DNA of 64,000 bases from an uncultured Actinomycetes bacterium. Its GTDB lineage: Bacteria > Actinomycetota > UBA4738 > HRBIN12. The DNA lies in NCBI GenBank assembly GCA_963775755.1, contig CAVZKB010000001.1, positions 80,011 to 144,010 of the forward strand, given 5' to 3'. Under the pieces are notes generated by a model, which had not been told where the DNA came from, did not search any database, and saw only the letters and a program-made list of their open reading frames with translations. Within the stretch, counting starts at the first letter, position 1; each line of letters starts with the position of its first letter. A program made the translations under genes and the position numbers. Of this stretch, positions 47,150-57,542 are shown piece after piece.

Positions 47150-48070
47150 CTATGCGGGCGAGATCTGCGCGACCGGACAGACGTCGGCCCGTGGGCACCA
47201 GCCGCAGTACACGCCGGGGGTGAGCTCCGCCTCGCGACCGTTCCACAGGGCGGCCGCAGCCCGGGCGGCAGCGATCACGCGATCGGCCGCGTGCTGCAAG
47301 CCCTGCTCGCCGACATCTTCCGACTGCCACTCACCGCTCTCGAGGAACAGCGACGCCACGCGATAAGGCGGGACGCCGAACCGAAGCGTCAGTAACAACG
47401 CGTAGTAGCGGAGATCCTCGGGGTACTCGGGGTAGGCGTTGCCCGTCTTCAGATCGATCGCCAAGCGCGTGGCGCGGGTCGGCTCCAACCGGTCGGGCGC
47501 GCCGAGCACCAGGTCGATCCGGCCGGAGAGGATGAGCGCGCCGCCCAGCAGCTCGGCTCTCACCGGCATCTCCGAGATCGGCGTCAGCTCACGGCGGAGC
47601 TCCTTCAGCGGCGGGAAGGATCCCTGGAACATGGTGATGCGCCGCGTCACCTCCATCAGCACGTCGTCGCGGTCGGTCGGCGCCAGGCCGTTCCAGTACT
47701 CGGCGAACCGCTCCTCGCGCTCCACCAGACGGTCGGCGGCGATCTCGGCGATCTCGTGCGCGCCGAGCCCGTCGCGCGCGCCAACCTCGACCTCCACCGC
47801 CCGGTGCAGCAGCACGCCGGCGGCGCTCTTCGGCGAATGCTCGAACGGCGGTGCCTCGCCCGAGATCGCCGATGCGAACTTGCCCTCGCATCGCCCGTGA
47901 TCGGTGAGCTTCTCCTTGCCGAGCCAAAGGGTGTCGCGGAGCTCGAGCTCGCGGACGGCTTCCTCGATGCGATCCCGCAGGCGCTGCGCGAGGTCGGCGG
48001 GGAACGTGGGGCGGGGGTCGGTGCCGATCAGCTGCTCGAGCGTGCGCCGCTGCGGGTCGGTGAGCTCCAC
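47150..48070 (-). CDS. PD-(D/E)xK nuclease with Cas4/AddB-type 4-Cys iron-sulfur motif (RecB-family exonuclease-like); start (GTG 48070) uncertain
   Basis: N-terminal Cys DHGRCEG, catalytic GRIDLV / IDLKTGN / YYALLL, C-terminal CGWCPRADVC. Confidence 0.55.
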   Translation of the reverse strand: MELTDPQRRTLEQLIGTDPRPTFPADLAQRLRDRIEEAVRELELRDTLWLGKEKLTDHGRCEGKFASAISGEAPPFEHSPKSAAGVLLHRAVEVEVGARDGLGAHEIAEIAADRLVEREERFAEYWNGLAPTDRDDVLMEVTRRITMFQGSFPPLKELRRELTPISEMPVRAELLGGALILSGRIDLVLGAPDRLEPTRATRLAIDLKTGNAYPEYPEDLRYYALLLTLRFGVPPYRVASLFLESGEWQSEDVGEQGLQHAADRVIAAARAAAALWNGREAELTPGVYCGWCPRADVCPVAQISPA

Positions 48071-48097
48071 CCGTGCATGGTAGGGATAGGAACCGAC

Positions 48098-48649
48098 ATG
48101 GCCGAGACCCCCGACGAGATCCTCCGCGCATTGGCCGACCCCGAGCGGCTGGCGATCGCCGGTGCCCTGGCGCAGCAGCCGCGGACGGCCGCGACCCTCG
48201 CGACGGACCTCGAGTTGCAGCTCACGCGGGTCCGCAAGCACCTGAACCGCCTGACGACCACCGGCGTCGTGCGTCTGGAGGCCGACCGTCGCACGTACCG
48301 GCTCGACCCCGAGACGCTCCGGTGGGCCGCCGAGCAGGTAGGGCCGCCGCGCGATGCCGGACTCGCGCTCGGCGCCGCGAACGACGACGAGGAGACGGTT
48401 CTGCGCACGTTCTTCCGCGACGGACGCCTGACCGAGATCCCCGCGAAGGAGGCGAAGCGCCGGATCGTTCTCGAGCGGATCGCGGTCGAGTTCGAGCCGG
48501 GCGTCCGCTACGACGAGAAAGAGGTCAACGCCATCGTCGGGCGGTTCTTCAACGACTACGCGTCCCTCCGCCGCTACCTGATCGATGCCGGATTGCTCGC
48601 GCGCGAGCACGGCGAGTACTGGCGAACCGGCGGACGGGTGGACGACTAA
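48098..48649 (+). CDS. ArsR-like HTH fused to DUF2087-like domain regulator
   Basis: ILRALADPERLAIAGALAQQPRTAATLATDLELQLTRVRKHLNRL HTH; C-terminal …RIVLERIAVEFEPGVRYDEKEVNAIVGRFFNDYASLRRYLIDAGLL…. Confidence 0.6.
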   Translation: MAETPDEILRALADPERLAIAGALAQQPRTAATLATDLELQLTRVRKHLNRLTTTGVVRLEADRRTYRLDPETLRWAAEQVGPPRDAGLALGAANDDEETVLRTFFRDGRLTEIPAKEAKRRIVLERIAVEFEPGVRYDEKEVNAIVGRFFNDYASLRRYLIDAGLLAREHGEYWRTGGRVDD

Positions 48650-48780
48650 CGCCTGGCGAACACCTGTTCGGCCAGGGCTCGACGTTGGGGTATGACCGGT
48701 GCTACGTTCGGGGTCACCGCGACGCGGCCCCCTTCCCCCTTCCCCTGCAGTTGATGCTGCCGCGTCCCGATACGAAAGAG

Positions 48781-49257
48781 ATGGGTATGGGACGGAACCG
48801 GAAGATCCGCCTGATCGCCGCCGCCTTGACGACCGGCGCCCTCGTGCTGCCGCTGCTCGCCGCGACACCCGCCGTCGCAAGCCCTCTCCGTTCGACGACG
48901 CCCTCGGTATCCGGGCCGTGCGCGCTCGGTCGCGGGGCCGGCGAGGCCATCCAGGACTTCTCCATCCGCTTGATCACTTGCGCGGCGAAACGCTGGCCGG
49001 TCGAAGGCGGCGCCGACAAGGCGATCTGCATCGCGCGACGTGAGAGCGGACTGATCCCGACGGCGAGCTCGCCCACCGGCAAGTATGTGGGCCTGTTCCA
49101 GCACAGCGCCGCCGATTGGCCCCGCCGGTACGCCGAATGGACCAAGCGCGTCTGGCGACTCAAGGAGAACCCCTATAACGGCCGCACGAACGCGATCGTC
49201 ACCATCCGGATCGCGAACGCCGAGGGTTGGGCCGCCTGGGCGGGCGCGGGCTGCTGA
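48781..49257 (+). CDS. secreted transglycosylase-like (Rpf-like) domain protein
   Basis: signal peptide, then CIARRESGLIPTASSPTGKYVGLFQHSAADW matching the Rpf/transglycosylase-like catalytic Glu region. Confidence 0.6.
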   Translation: MGMGRNRKIRLIAAALTTGALVLPLLAATPAVASPLRSTTPSVSGPCALGRGAGEAIQDFSIRLITCAAKRWPVEGGADKAICIARRESGLIPTASSPTGKYVGLFQHSAADWPRRYAEWTKRVWRLKENPYNGRTNAIVTIRIANAEGWAAWAGAGC

Positions 49258-49296
49258 GCACAGCCTCCCCGACCGAGTGAGGGCTACACTCGGCCG

Positions 49297-50910
49297 ATGG
49301 TGACCAAAGACAAAGGCAAGGCCCCTCCCGGGGGCGAAGGCGCCGACGCCGAGCACGTCCCCACCGTCGAGGAACGCATCGAGGAGCTCCGCCGCAAGAA
49401 GAAGGCGGCGCTCACACCGGGTGGATCACTCGCCGCCAAGAAGCAGCACGACGGGGGCAAGCTCACCGCGCGCGAACGCCTCGACACGCTGATGGACAAG
49501 GGTTCGTTCGTCGAGACCGACCCGTTCGCGATCCACCGGGCGCACGACTTCGGGATGGACAAGAAGCGGCCTCCGGGCGACGGAGTGATCACCGGCTTCG
49601 GCACGATCGACGGGCGCAAGGTCTTCGTGGCATCGCAGGACTTCGGCGTGTTCGGCGGTTCCATGGGCGAGGTCATGGCGCAGAAGGTCTGCAAGGTGAT
49701 GGACCTGGCCATGCAGACCGGCGCGCCGTTCATCCAGATCAACGACTCCGGCGGCGCGCGCATCCAAGAGGGCGCGGCGTCGCTCGCGGGTTACGGGTTC
49801 ATCTTCGAGCGGAACGTCCGCGCGAGCGGCGTCATCCCGCAGATCAGCGTGATCATGGGTCCATGCGCGGGGGGCGCGGTGTACTCGCCGGCCATCACCG
49901 ACTTCACGTTCATGGTGAAGGAAACGTCGCACATGTTCATCACGGGTCCCGACGTGATCAAGACGGTGACGGGCGAGGAGGTCACGTTCGAGGAGCTCGG
50001 CGGCGCCATGACGCACGCGAGCATCTCCGGCATCGCATCGTTCGTCGGCGAGGACGACGAGGACGTGCTGCAGCGGGTCCGCTACCTGCTGTCGTTCCTG
50101 CCGTCGAACAACCTGGAGGATCCGCCGGCGTACGCCACCACCGACGACCCCGACCGGCTGGACGAGGGGCTCACGCACATCGTCCCTGACCGTGCCAAGG
50201 AGCCCTACGACATGCACGAGGTGATCCGCCGCGTGGTCGACGACGGCGAGTTTCTCGAGATCTTCCCGTTCTGGGCGATGAACATCGTGATCGGACTGAC
50301 GCGACTGGACGGGCGCTCGGTGGGCATCATCGCGAACCAACCGAAGGTGCTCGGCGGCACGCTCGACATCGACGCGAGCGAGAAGGCATCAAGGTTCGTC
50401 CGCTTCTGCGACGCGTTCAACATCCCGATCGTCACGTTCGTGGATGTGCCGGGGTTCCTGCCGGGCAAGGAGCAGGAGTACGGCGGCATCATCCGCCACG
50501 GCGCGAAGCTCCTGTACTCGTTCGCGGAGGCCACCGTGCCGCGGATGACGGTGATCACGCGCAAGGCGTACGGGGGCGCGTACGTCGTGATGAACTCGAA
50601 GCACCTGCGGGCCGACGTCTCGTTCGCGTGGCCGACCGCCGAGATCGCGGTCATGGGCGCGGAGGGAGCGGTGAGCATCGTGTTCCGTAAGGAGATCGAC
50701 AAGGCGGACGATCCGGTGGCCAAGCGCGCCGACCTGATCGACGAGTACAAGCGCAAGTTCTCCACGCCGTACGCGGCGGCCGAGCGTGGGTTCATCGACG
50801 ACGTGATCGAGCCGGCAGAGACGCGGAGACGTCTGATCCAGTCGCTGCGGATGCTTGCGACGAAACGCGAGAGCATCCCCGCCCGCAAGCACGGGAACAT
50901 CCCGCTTTGA
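49297..50910 (+). CDS. pccB: acyl-CoA carboxylase carboxyltransferase beta subunit (propionyl-CoA carboxylase PccB-like)
   Basis: carboxyltransferase N and C subdomains, …[14 protein letters not shown]… motif. Confidence 0.9.
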   Translation: MVTKDKGKAPPGGEGADAEHVPTVEERIEELRRKKKAALTPGGSLAAKKQHDGGKLTARERLDTLMDKGSFVETDPFAIHRAHDFGMDKKRPPGDGVITGFGTIDGRKVFVASQDFGVFGGSMGEVMAQKVCKVMDLAMQTGAPFIQINDSGGARIQEGAASLAGYGFIFERNVRASGVIPQISVIMGPCAGGAVYSPAITDFTFMVKETSHMFITGPDVIKTVTGEEVTFEELGGAMTHASISGIASFVGEDDEDVLQRVRYLLSFLPSNNLEDPPAYATTDDPDRLDEGLTHIVPDRAKEPYDMHEVIRRVVDDGEFLEIFPFWAMNIVIGLTRLDGRSVGIIANQPKVLGGTLDIDASEKASRFVRFCDAFNIPIVTFVDVPGFLPGKEQEYGGIIRHGAKLLYSFAEATVPRMTVITRKAYGGAYVVMNSKHLRADVSFAWPTAEIAVMGAEGAVSIVFRKEIDKADDPVAKRADLIDEYKRKFSTPYAAAERGFIDDVIEPAETRRRLIQSLRMLATKRESIPARKHGNIPL

Positions 50911-51167
50911 CCATGGACGCCGAGCGGAGGTTCGACCTGCCCCAAGGACTCACCAACGAAGAGGAGCGTGCGATCCTGACGGCGCTCGAGCGGTACTTCC
51001 TGCAAGAGAGCCCGAAGCCGGCCCCGTGGGTTCTCCAGGGCCGGATCGACGCGACGGGGCTCGGCGCGCTGCAGGCGCGGAAGTCTTCGAGGGAGCCGTG
51101 GGTGATCCGGGCACTGTTCGCGCGACGCGGCGTGGCGCCCGTGCTCGGCCGCGGCGACGTCCGGTAG
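50907..51167 (+). CDS. acyl-CoA carboxylase epsilon subunit (AccE-like small peptide)
   Basis: 86-aa ORF directly coupled (ATGA) to pccB, composition and position typical of actinobacterial epsilon subunits. Confidence 0.5.
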   Translation: MTMDAERRFDLPQGLTNEEERAILTALERYFLQESPKPAPWVLQGRIDATGLGALQARKSSREPWVIRALFARRGVAPVLGRGDVR

Positions 51168-51485
51168 ATGGGCGCGAAGGACCACGATCAGATGACGGCG
51201 ACGAAGACGCCCGGGAACGCAACGCTCGCGGATGCGACCGCGGCATTCTCGGCGGAAGGATGCTCGCCGCCTCAGGCATGGGGCAACGACGCCGGCGACA
51301 CGTACGGGCGACACGACCACCCCTACCACAAGGTGCTGTTCTGCCTGGCGGGATCGATCGTGTTCCACACCGACGACGGGGACATCGAGCTGCGCGCAGG
51401 CGATCGGCTGGACCTGGAGCCGGGGACGGCGCACGCCGCGACCGTCGGGCCCGGTGGGTGCCGATGTGTCGAGGCCTCGAGGTGA
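51168..51485 (+). CDS. cupin domain protein
   Basis: …HDHPYHKVLFCLAGSIVFHTDDGDIELRAGD… cupin motifs. Confidence 0.65.
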   Translation: MGAKDHDQMTATKTPGNATLADATAAFSAEGCSPPQAWGNDAGDTYGRHDHPYHKVLFCLAGSIVFHTDDGDIELRAGDRLDLEPGTAHAATVGPGGCRCVEASR

Positions 51486-52612
51486 AGGTTGCGTTCCACG
51501 TCGACCAACTCTGGTTCAGCGCACCGGGAGGGATCGGGACGTACGTGGGCGAGCTGCTCGAGGCGTTGCCCGCCCAAGACGAGACCCTGCAGCTGACGCC
51601 GTTCTACTCGAAGTGGCGGAAGCCCCCGCGCGAAGCGCCGCTCACCACCGATGGGAGATACCCCGGCGTGGAACTGTCACGGTCGATACGCACCCTCTAC
51701 CCCTCGTGGGACCTGCTCGGCCGGCCGGCGCTCCCCGCTTCGTTGGCCGACGCCGCCATCGTCCATGCCACGAACCACGCGGCCGTCCCTCCGGTCCATG
51801 CGGGTCAAAGGCTGGTCGTGACGGTCCACGACCTGGCGTTCCAGCGGTTCCCGGACCTGTTCCCACGCGCCTGGCGCTGGCTCTACCGAGCGGGCCTCCG
51901 CGCCGCCGCGAGACGTGCCGACGCCATCCTGGTCCCGTCGCAGAGCACGGCAGACGACCTCGTCACCTCGACCTCAGTCCCGCCGTCGCGCGTACACGTG
52001 ACGCCGCTCGCGCCGTCGCTCGCCGCATCTCCGCAAGCTCCGTCCGAGGTGTTCGGTCGTCTCGGCGTCACGCCGCCGTACGTGTTGTCGGTAGGAACAC
52101 TCGAACCGAGGAAGAACCTTGTGCGACTGGTCCGCGCCTACCGGCAGGTCGCTCCCGACGTGCCCCACGCGCTCGTGCTCGCCGGCGCGCCCGGCTGGCG
52201 GTCGGAGGCGCTCGACACGGAGCTCGCGAGGCCGGGTCCGGGGACGATCGTTCGAACCGGGACCGTGTCCGCCGACGACCTCGACGTCTTGTACCGGGGC
52301 GCCGACGCCTTCGCCTACCCGTCGTTGTACGAAGGGTTCGGCCTGCCGGTGGTGGAGGCGATGGCCCGAGGCGTGCCGACGCTCGCCTCCGACACCTCCT
52401 CGCTCCCCCGGGTCGCGGGCGATGCCGCGCTCCTCGTGGACCCGACAGACGTCTCGGAGATCGCCGAGGGACTCGCCCGCCTGTTGACCGAGCCCGCGTT
52501 GGCCGACGATCTCCGACAGCGAGGCCTGCAGCGCGCGGCGACGTTCACCTGGGCCGCCACCGCTCGCGCTACGCTCGACGTGTACCGCGAGCTGACGGAG
52601 ACGTCGTCGTGA
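51482..52612 (+). CDS. glycosyltransferase family 4 (GTG start coupled to cupin stop; alternative ATG 51464)
   Basis: …YVLSVGTLEPRKNL…FAYPSLYEGFGLPVVEAMARGVPTLASDTSSLPRVAGD…. Confidence 0.8.
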   Translation: MKVAFHVDQLWFSAPGGIGTYVGELLEALPAQDETLQLTPFYSKWRKPPREAPLTTDGRYPGVELSRSIRTLYPSWDLLGRPALPASLADAAIVHATNHAAVPPVHAGQRLVVTVHDLAFQRFPDLFPRAWRWLYRAGLRAAARRADAILVPSQSTADDLVTSTSVPPSRVHVTPLAPSLAASPQAPSEVFGRLGVTPPYVLSVGTLEPRKNLVRLVRAYRQVAPDVPHALVLAGAPGWRSEALDTELARPGPGTIVRTGTVSADDLDVLYRGADAFAYPSLYEGFGLPVVEAMARGVPTLASDTSSLPRVAGDAALLVDPTDVSEIAEGLARLLTEPALADDLRQRGLQRAATFTWAATARATLDVYRELTETSS

Positions 52613-53541
52613 AGGTGTCGCTGATCTCGACCGTGAAGGACGCCTCGGCGCACATCGAAGAGTTCGCCGGCTCGGTGGCCGCGCAGACGCGAACACCGGA
52701 CGAGGTCATCGTCGTCGACGGCGGCTCGACCGACGGGACGCCCGATCTGCTGCGCCGTGCGGGCGCCGGCTCGGTGACCGTGATCGAGGAACGGGGCGCG
52801 AACATCGCCCGCGGCCGGAACCTGGCGATCGCCGCCGCGGCCCACGACGTGATCGCCGTGACCGACGCCGACTGCGTGCTCGATCCGCACTGGCTCGAAC
52901 GGATCCTCGAACCGATCGAAGCGGGCGCCGACGTGTCCATGGGCTCCTACGTCCCGATCACCGACGGCTTCTTCCAGGAATGCATGGCGTCGGTGAACCT
53001 GGCGCTCGATCCCTCCGACATCGAGCCCGCGTCCTTCATGCCGAGCGCGCGTTCGGTCGCGTTCCGGCGCGCTTCGATCGACGCGGCCGGCGGCTACCCG
53101 GAGTGGCTCGCCATCGGCGAGGACATGTGGGTGAACCGTCGATGGCGCGAGCTCCGCGTGGACATGCGGTTCGCCCCCGACGCCGTCGTTCGCTGGCGCC
53201 TTCGGCCGACGATGCGGGCGACCTGGGCGCAGTACTTCCGGTACGCGCGAGGGGACGCGCAGGCGGGGATGTTCCCCGAGCGTCACGCGCTGCGGTTCGG
53301 CGTGTACGTCGGGGCCACCGCCGTGCTCGCCTCACGCCGACGCTGGCCCAAGGTGTTGGCGGCCGCCGGAGCCGTGGCGTACGCGCGGGAGCCCGTGCGC
53401 AGGGCGTGGCGTCGCATGCCGGACCCTCGTGAGCGCGCCACCGCAGCCGTCGTCGTCCCCGTGCTGATGGGGTGGATCGACACGGCCAAGATGGCGGGCT
53501 ACGTCGTCGGTCTGATCGATCGCGGACGACGGGGCGGCTGA
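52609..53541 (+). CDS. glycosyltransferase family 2
   Basis: VSLISTVKD…DEVIVVDGGSTDGT…; GTGA coupling to GT4; tail of long track ORF 51232..53541. Confidence 0.75.
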   Translation: MKVSLISTVKDASAHIEEFAGSVAAQTRTPDEVIVVDGGSTDGTPDLLRRAGAGSVTVIEERGANIARGRNLAIAAAAHDVIAVTDADCVLDPHWLERILEPIEAGADVSMGSYVPITDGFFQECMASVNLALDPSDIEPASFMPSARSVAFRRASIDAAGGYPEWLAIGEDMWVNRRWRELRVDMRFAPDAVVRWRLRPTMRATWAQYFRYARGDAQAGMFPERHALRFGVYVGATAVLASRRRWPKVLAAAGAVAYAREPVRRAWRRMPDPRERATAAVVVPVLMGWIDTAKMAGYVVGLIDRGRRGG

Positions 53542-53597
53542 CCGCAGGTCACCGGAGCAGCCTGCCCAACGGCGACCGGGGAGGGCTAGGCTGCGGC

Positions 53598-55115
53598 ATG
53601 CGTCGAACACCGATCGTCGTCCTCGCGATCGCCATCGTTTCAGCCGGCGTGATCGCGGCGCCCGGACCGACGGCCACGGCTCGCGCCCAGGACACGATCA
53701 AGCTCAAGGTCATGACGTTCAACATCCGCGAGGGTGGGGTCCACGGGCAGTTCTCGAAGGTGGTCGAAGCGATCAAGGCGGCTGAAGCGGACGTCGTCGG
53801 GCTACAGGAGCCGTTCGGCCGGACGCGGAAGCTGGCGCGGGCACTCGGGTGGTACGCGGCTCCGCGCCTCCACACGATCTCGCGGTTCCCGATCCTGCAG
53901 CCGGAGGGGAGCGACGGGTTCTGGGGCTGGCTCCTGGTCGCGCCGGGCAAGGTCGTGACGATCGCGAACATCCACAACCCTTCCTACCCCTACACCGTCA
54001 ACATGATGCGGTTGGGCACCGCCACGAAGGCCGAGATCCTGCAGATCGAGCGCCACGTACGGATCCGGTGGATGCAGCCCTTCCTGGATTCGCTCGCGCC
54101 GCAACTCGAAGCGGGCGATCCCGTCTTCTTCACGGGTGACTTCAACGCGCCGTCGTGGCGCGACTGGACGCCCGAGGTGGTCGCCGCGCTCGGATGGCAG
54201 CCGACCACCCTCCGCTACCGGGCGCCCCGGTTCTCGATCCGCTGGCCGACCTCGATCGTGATGGAGAAGGCGGGCTTCCGCGACTCGTTCCGCGCGGTCC
54301 ACCCCGACGCGATCGCGGACCCCGGGTTCACGTGGACGTCCGGCCATCCCGGCATCTCACCGTGGGACGTGTTCGATCGCATCGACTTCGTCTGGGCGGC
54401 GGGCTCCACGCAGACCCTGTCGAGCCGCGTCGTGGGCGATGACGACCCGATGTCGGACATCGTCGTCGAGCCGTGGCCGTCGGATCACCGCGCGGTGGTC
54501 AGCACGTTCCGTGTGCACCCTGCGGACGCGCCGGCGTTCGTCGCGCCTTTGGACGTGCGCGTGCCGATCGGACGGCCCGTACACGGTGTGTTCCACGCGA
54601 CGCCCGCACCCGGGCGCGTCGTCGGTGTCTGGGCGGACGATGCCGACCCTGCGACGGACGAACCGCTCATCTCCGCTCCGGTCGACGACACCGCCGATGG
54701 AACGCTCGACCTGCCCACGGGCGATCTTGCGCCCGGCGTCTACGCCCTGGCCCTGGTCGGATCGGCCGGGGTGCTCTCCCGCACGACGTTCGCCGCGGTC
54801 GACCAGAAGGCGCCCGCGACCATCTCGGTGGCTCAGCGGAGCTACGCCGTCGGCGACCCGATCGTGGTCTCGTGGACGAACGCGCCGGGGAACCGTTACG
54901 ACTGGTTGGACCTGCACGCGGCCGACGCCACGCCCACGACCGGCCGCATCTGGCTCTGGCGCTACATCGGGGCCCGGGTCTTCGGTTCTGCGCCGTTCAA
55001 GGCCGAGGCGACGGGCAACTGGCCCCTCCCACCCGGTCGCTATCGCGTGACGCTCTGCGTCGATGACGGCTACGACTGCCTGGCCACGACCGAAACGTTC
55101 CGCGTCGTCGGATAG
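53598..55115 (+). CDS. secreted endonuclease/exonuclease/phosphatase (EEP) family protein with C-terminal beta-rich domains
   Basis: signal peptide; VMTFNIREGG…VVGLQE… EEP motifs, …SDHRAV… catalytic His. Confidence 0.7.
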   Translation: MRRTPIVVLAIAIVSAGVIAAPGPTATARAQDTIKLKVMTFNIREGGVHGQFSKVVEAIKAAEADVVGLQEPFGRTRKLARALGWYAAPRLHTISRFPILQPEGSDGFWGWLLVAPGKVVTIANIHNPSYPYTVNMMRLGTATKAEILQIERHVRIRWMQPFLDSLAPQLEAGDPVFFTGDFNAPSWRDWTPEVVAALGWQPTTLRYRAPRFSIRWPTSIVMEKAGFRDSFRAVHPDAIADPGFTWTSGHPGISPWDVFDRIDFVWAAGSTQTLSSRVVGDDDPMSDIVVEPWPSDHRAVVSTFRVHPADAPAFVAPLDVRVPIGRPVHGVFHATPAPGRVVGVWADDADPATDEPLISAPVDDTADGTLDLPTGDLAPGVYALALVGSAGVLSRTTFAAVDQKAPATISVAQRSYAVGDPIVVSWTNAPGNRYDWLDLHAADATPTTGRIWLWRYIGARVFGSAPFKAEATGNWPLPPGRYRVTLCVDDGYDCLATTETFRVVG

Positions 55116-55134
55116 CCGCGGCCGGCGCGGCCGG

Positions 55135-55578
55135 CTAGGCGGGTTCTTCCGTCTCCGTCCCGTACATGACCACGATCACGAACAGGGCGAACGCGAGGAC
55201 GTGCACGACCGTGCACCACAGACAGATCGCTCGGATCATGAACAGCTCCGCGTAGACCAGCCAGAGGACGAACGCCATGGCGAACGTGACGGTCGCCACG
55301 CGGACGGTCCGGAGCCACGGAGCCGTCCAGCGCCACACCCACGGAGAGAAGAGCACGCACAACCCGAGGAACCACAACAGACCGAGCAGCGCCACCGAGA
55401 TGCCGAACACCTCCGATTGCGCACTCGTCGTGACGCGCTTGCAGTTGACGACGCCCTCCGATGCGCACGCCAACACATCCGGCGAGGTGAAGTGCGCGAT
55501 GGTCAGATACGCGGACACCGCCGTGCCCGCGATCGTGATCGCGAACGTGGCGGGGACCACCCACGCCGGTCGCGTCAT
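55135..55578 (-). CDS. vitamin K epoxide reductase (VKOR) family membrane protein
   Basis: loop cysteines [13 protein letters not shown] and active-site CLWC in TM4. Confidence 0.75.
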   Translation of the reverse strand: MTRPAWVVPATFAITIAGTAVSAYLTIAHFTSPDVLACASEGVVNCKRVTTSAQSEVFGISVALLGLLWFLGLCVLFSPWVWRWTAPWLRTVRVATVTFAMAFVLWLVYAELFMIRAICLWCTVVHVLAFALFVIVVMYGTETEEPA

Positions 55579-56507
55579 GCCGAAGGCAAGGACGCCGCGG
55601 CGCTCGACACCCCGGGAGCGGTGCACACATCCGTCGGCGCCCCGTCCGTGAGCCGGCAGATCGATGCTGTCAGCATGTTGGCGGCCGCGAGCACCTGCTT
55701 CGCGATGGGGCTCGACGGATCCGACAGCGCGGACGCGACCTGCTGCCAGGTCTTGCCCTGCAAGATGTCGGGCGGATAGCTCGAACCGCTGATGGCGAAC
55801 CGGTTCCCGATCAGCAGGAACGGGATGCTCCCGGCCTGTGAGGTGTACGGAGGAGCGTCGAACGTCTGCATCAGCTTCTGCTGCTCGGCAGTGACCGTGT
55901 CGAGCGGTTCGTAGCCGAGACCCGAGGCCGTGAGCTGATTCGTGTTCAGCTCGAGCCCGACGAACGAGATCAGGTCGCTCGAGTACGTGGAGCCGTGGAA
56001 CGTGAGCGTCGGGGTGTTCGGGAAGATGTCGGTCGCCGACGAGGTCGAGAGCCCGAGCCCGGAGAACGTCCCGAACCGCGAGAGCGCGATGACCGTCGGC
56101 CAGCGCTCGGATGCGCAGAACGGGCAGTACTCGGCTCCGATGTACAGGACCTCCGGCTTCCCGTCGCTCGTGACCGCAGGAGCACCGGCGGCGATGGCGG
56201 CCGGTTGGCTGATCCCCTGGCCGGCGCCGACCGCGTCGAGCGCGGAGGCCGGGACCGACGTCACCGCGCGAACCACCTTGGCCGTTCCGCTCGTCGCGGG
56301 CGCGGCCGGGGTGTCACCCTTCTTGCCGACGCTCAACCCGACCATGACCAGCACGATCGCGACGACGACGCCGATCGCGAACAGCGGCAGACGTCGGCTC
56401 ATGCCCGACCGCCTCGAGCGCGACGATCCGGACCCGTTCGATCGCGAGCGCTGCCCCTTGGCCGCGCTCGCTGCTGCCTTGCGCTTCTGCGCCGTCCGGT
56501 TCGTCAT
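55575..56507 (-). CDS. DUF929-like thioredoxin-fold protein (CPFC) with N-terminal TM anchor, VKOR partner
   Basis: …[16 protein letters not shown]…; stop abuts VKOR start. Confidence 0.6.
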   Translation of the reverse strand: MTNRTAQKRKAAASAAKGQRSRSNGSGSSRSRRSGMSRRLPLFAIGVVVAIVLVMVGLSVGKKGDTPAAPATSGTAKVVRAVTSVPASALDAVGAGQGISQPAAIAAGAPAVTSDGKPEVLYIGAEYCPFCASERWPTVIALSRFGTFSGLGLSTSSATDIFPNTPTLTFHGSTYSSDLISFVGLELNTNQLTASGLGYEPLDTVTAEQQKLMQTFDAPPYTSQAGSIPFLLIGNRFAISGSSYPPDILQGKTWQQVASALSDPSSPIAKQVLAAANMLTASICRLTDGAPTDVCTAPGVSSAAASLPSA

Positions 56508-56635
56508 CGTCCCTGCCGATCGTACGGACTCATCCAAGGCCTCCTCGATGACCAGCGTACGGGCTGCCTCGCCGCCGCCCCCGGGCCGAGCGACCCGCAC
56601 CGACCGGGTCGTTCGGCGGCAGCGAAAGGGCTCGC

Positions 56636-57496
56636 TCAGGCGTCGTAGAAGCCGCCGCCGGACTTACGGCCGAGCCTCCCCGCCGCGACCATCCGCCGGA
56701 GCAGGGGCGGCGGCGCGTAGCGCTCCTCGCGGAACTCGGCATGGAGCACCTCGCCGATGCTCAGCATGGTGTCCAGGCCGATCAGATCCATCAGCGCGAG
56801 CGGGCCCATCGGGTGCGCCAGGCCCAGGTGGATCGCGGCGTCGATGTCCTCGCGGGTCGCGAAGCCCTCGTCATAGAGACGGATCGCATCGAACAGGTAG
56901 GGCACCAACAGCCGATTCACGATGAAGCCGGCGTGATCCTTCGATCGTACGCAGGTCTTTCCCAGCACGTCCGTTCCGTAGCTCCGCGCGAACGCCAGCG
57001 TCTCGTCCGAGGTCGTGACGGCCGGCGTGAGCTCGAGCAGCGCCATCACGGGCGGCGGGTTGAAGAAATGCATCCCGATCACGCGATCCGGCCGCCCCGA
57101 CGCGACGGCGAGCTCCACGATCGGGATCGACGACGTGTTCGAGGCGAGCACGACCTCGGGCCGCGTGAGCTCTCCCAGCGTCCGGAAGATCGCGAGCTTC
57201 GCCTGGACGTCCTCCGTCGCCGCCTCGATCACCAGATCCGACGCGCCGAGCGCGGTGAGGTCGGTGACCCCGCGGACCCTGCCGAACAGCGCCTCCGCAT
57301 CGCCCGGTTCGAGCTTGCCGCGGGCGACCGCCTTGCCCACCGAACGTTCGATCGCGTCGCGGCCACGGGACACGAGATCGTCGCTGCCCTCCACGTACGT
57401 GACGTCCGCACCGGCGCGAGCGAGGACCTCGACGATGCCGGAGCCCATCAGGCCGCAGCCGACGACCCCGACGTGTCGAACCTCTCGCGGATCCAC
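56636..57496 (-). CDS. hbd: 3-hydroxybutyryl-CoA / 3-hydroxyacyl-CoA dehydrogenase; GTG start after AGGAGGAGG RBS
   Basis: [16 protein letters not shown] Rossmann, catalytic …SNTSSIPI…, C-terminal dimerisation domain. Confidence 0.85.
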   Translation of the reverse strand: MDPREVRHVGVVGCGLMGSGIVEVLARAGADVTYVEGSDDLVSRGRDAIERSVGKAVARGKLEPGDAEALFGRVRGVTDLTALGASDLVIEAATEDVQAKLAIFRTLGELTRPEVVLASNTSSIPIVELAVASGRPDRVIGMHFFNPPPVMALLELTPAVTTSDETLAFARSYGTDVLGKTCVRSKDHAGFIVNRLLVPYLFDAIRLYDEGFATREDIDAAIHLGLAHPMGPLALMDLIGLDTMLSIGEVLHAEFREERYAPPPLLRRMVAAGRLGRKSGGGFYDA

Positions 57497-57542
57497 GACC
57501 CTCCTCCTCACGCTCGTCGGCCGCCAGCCTACAATCCAACCC

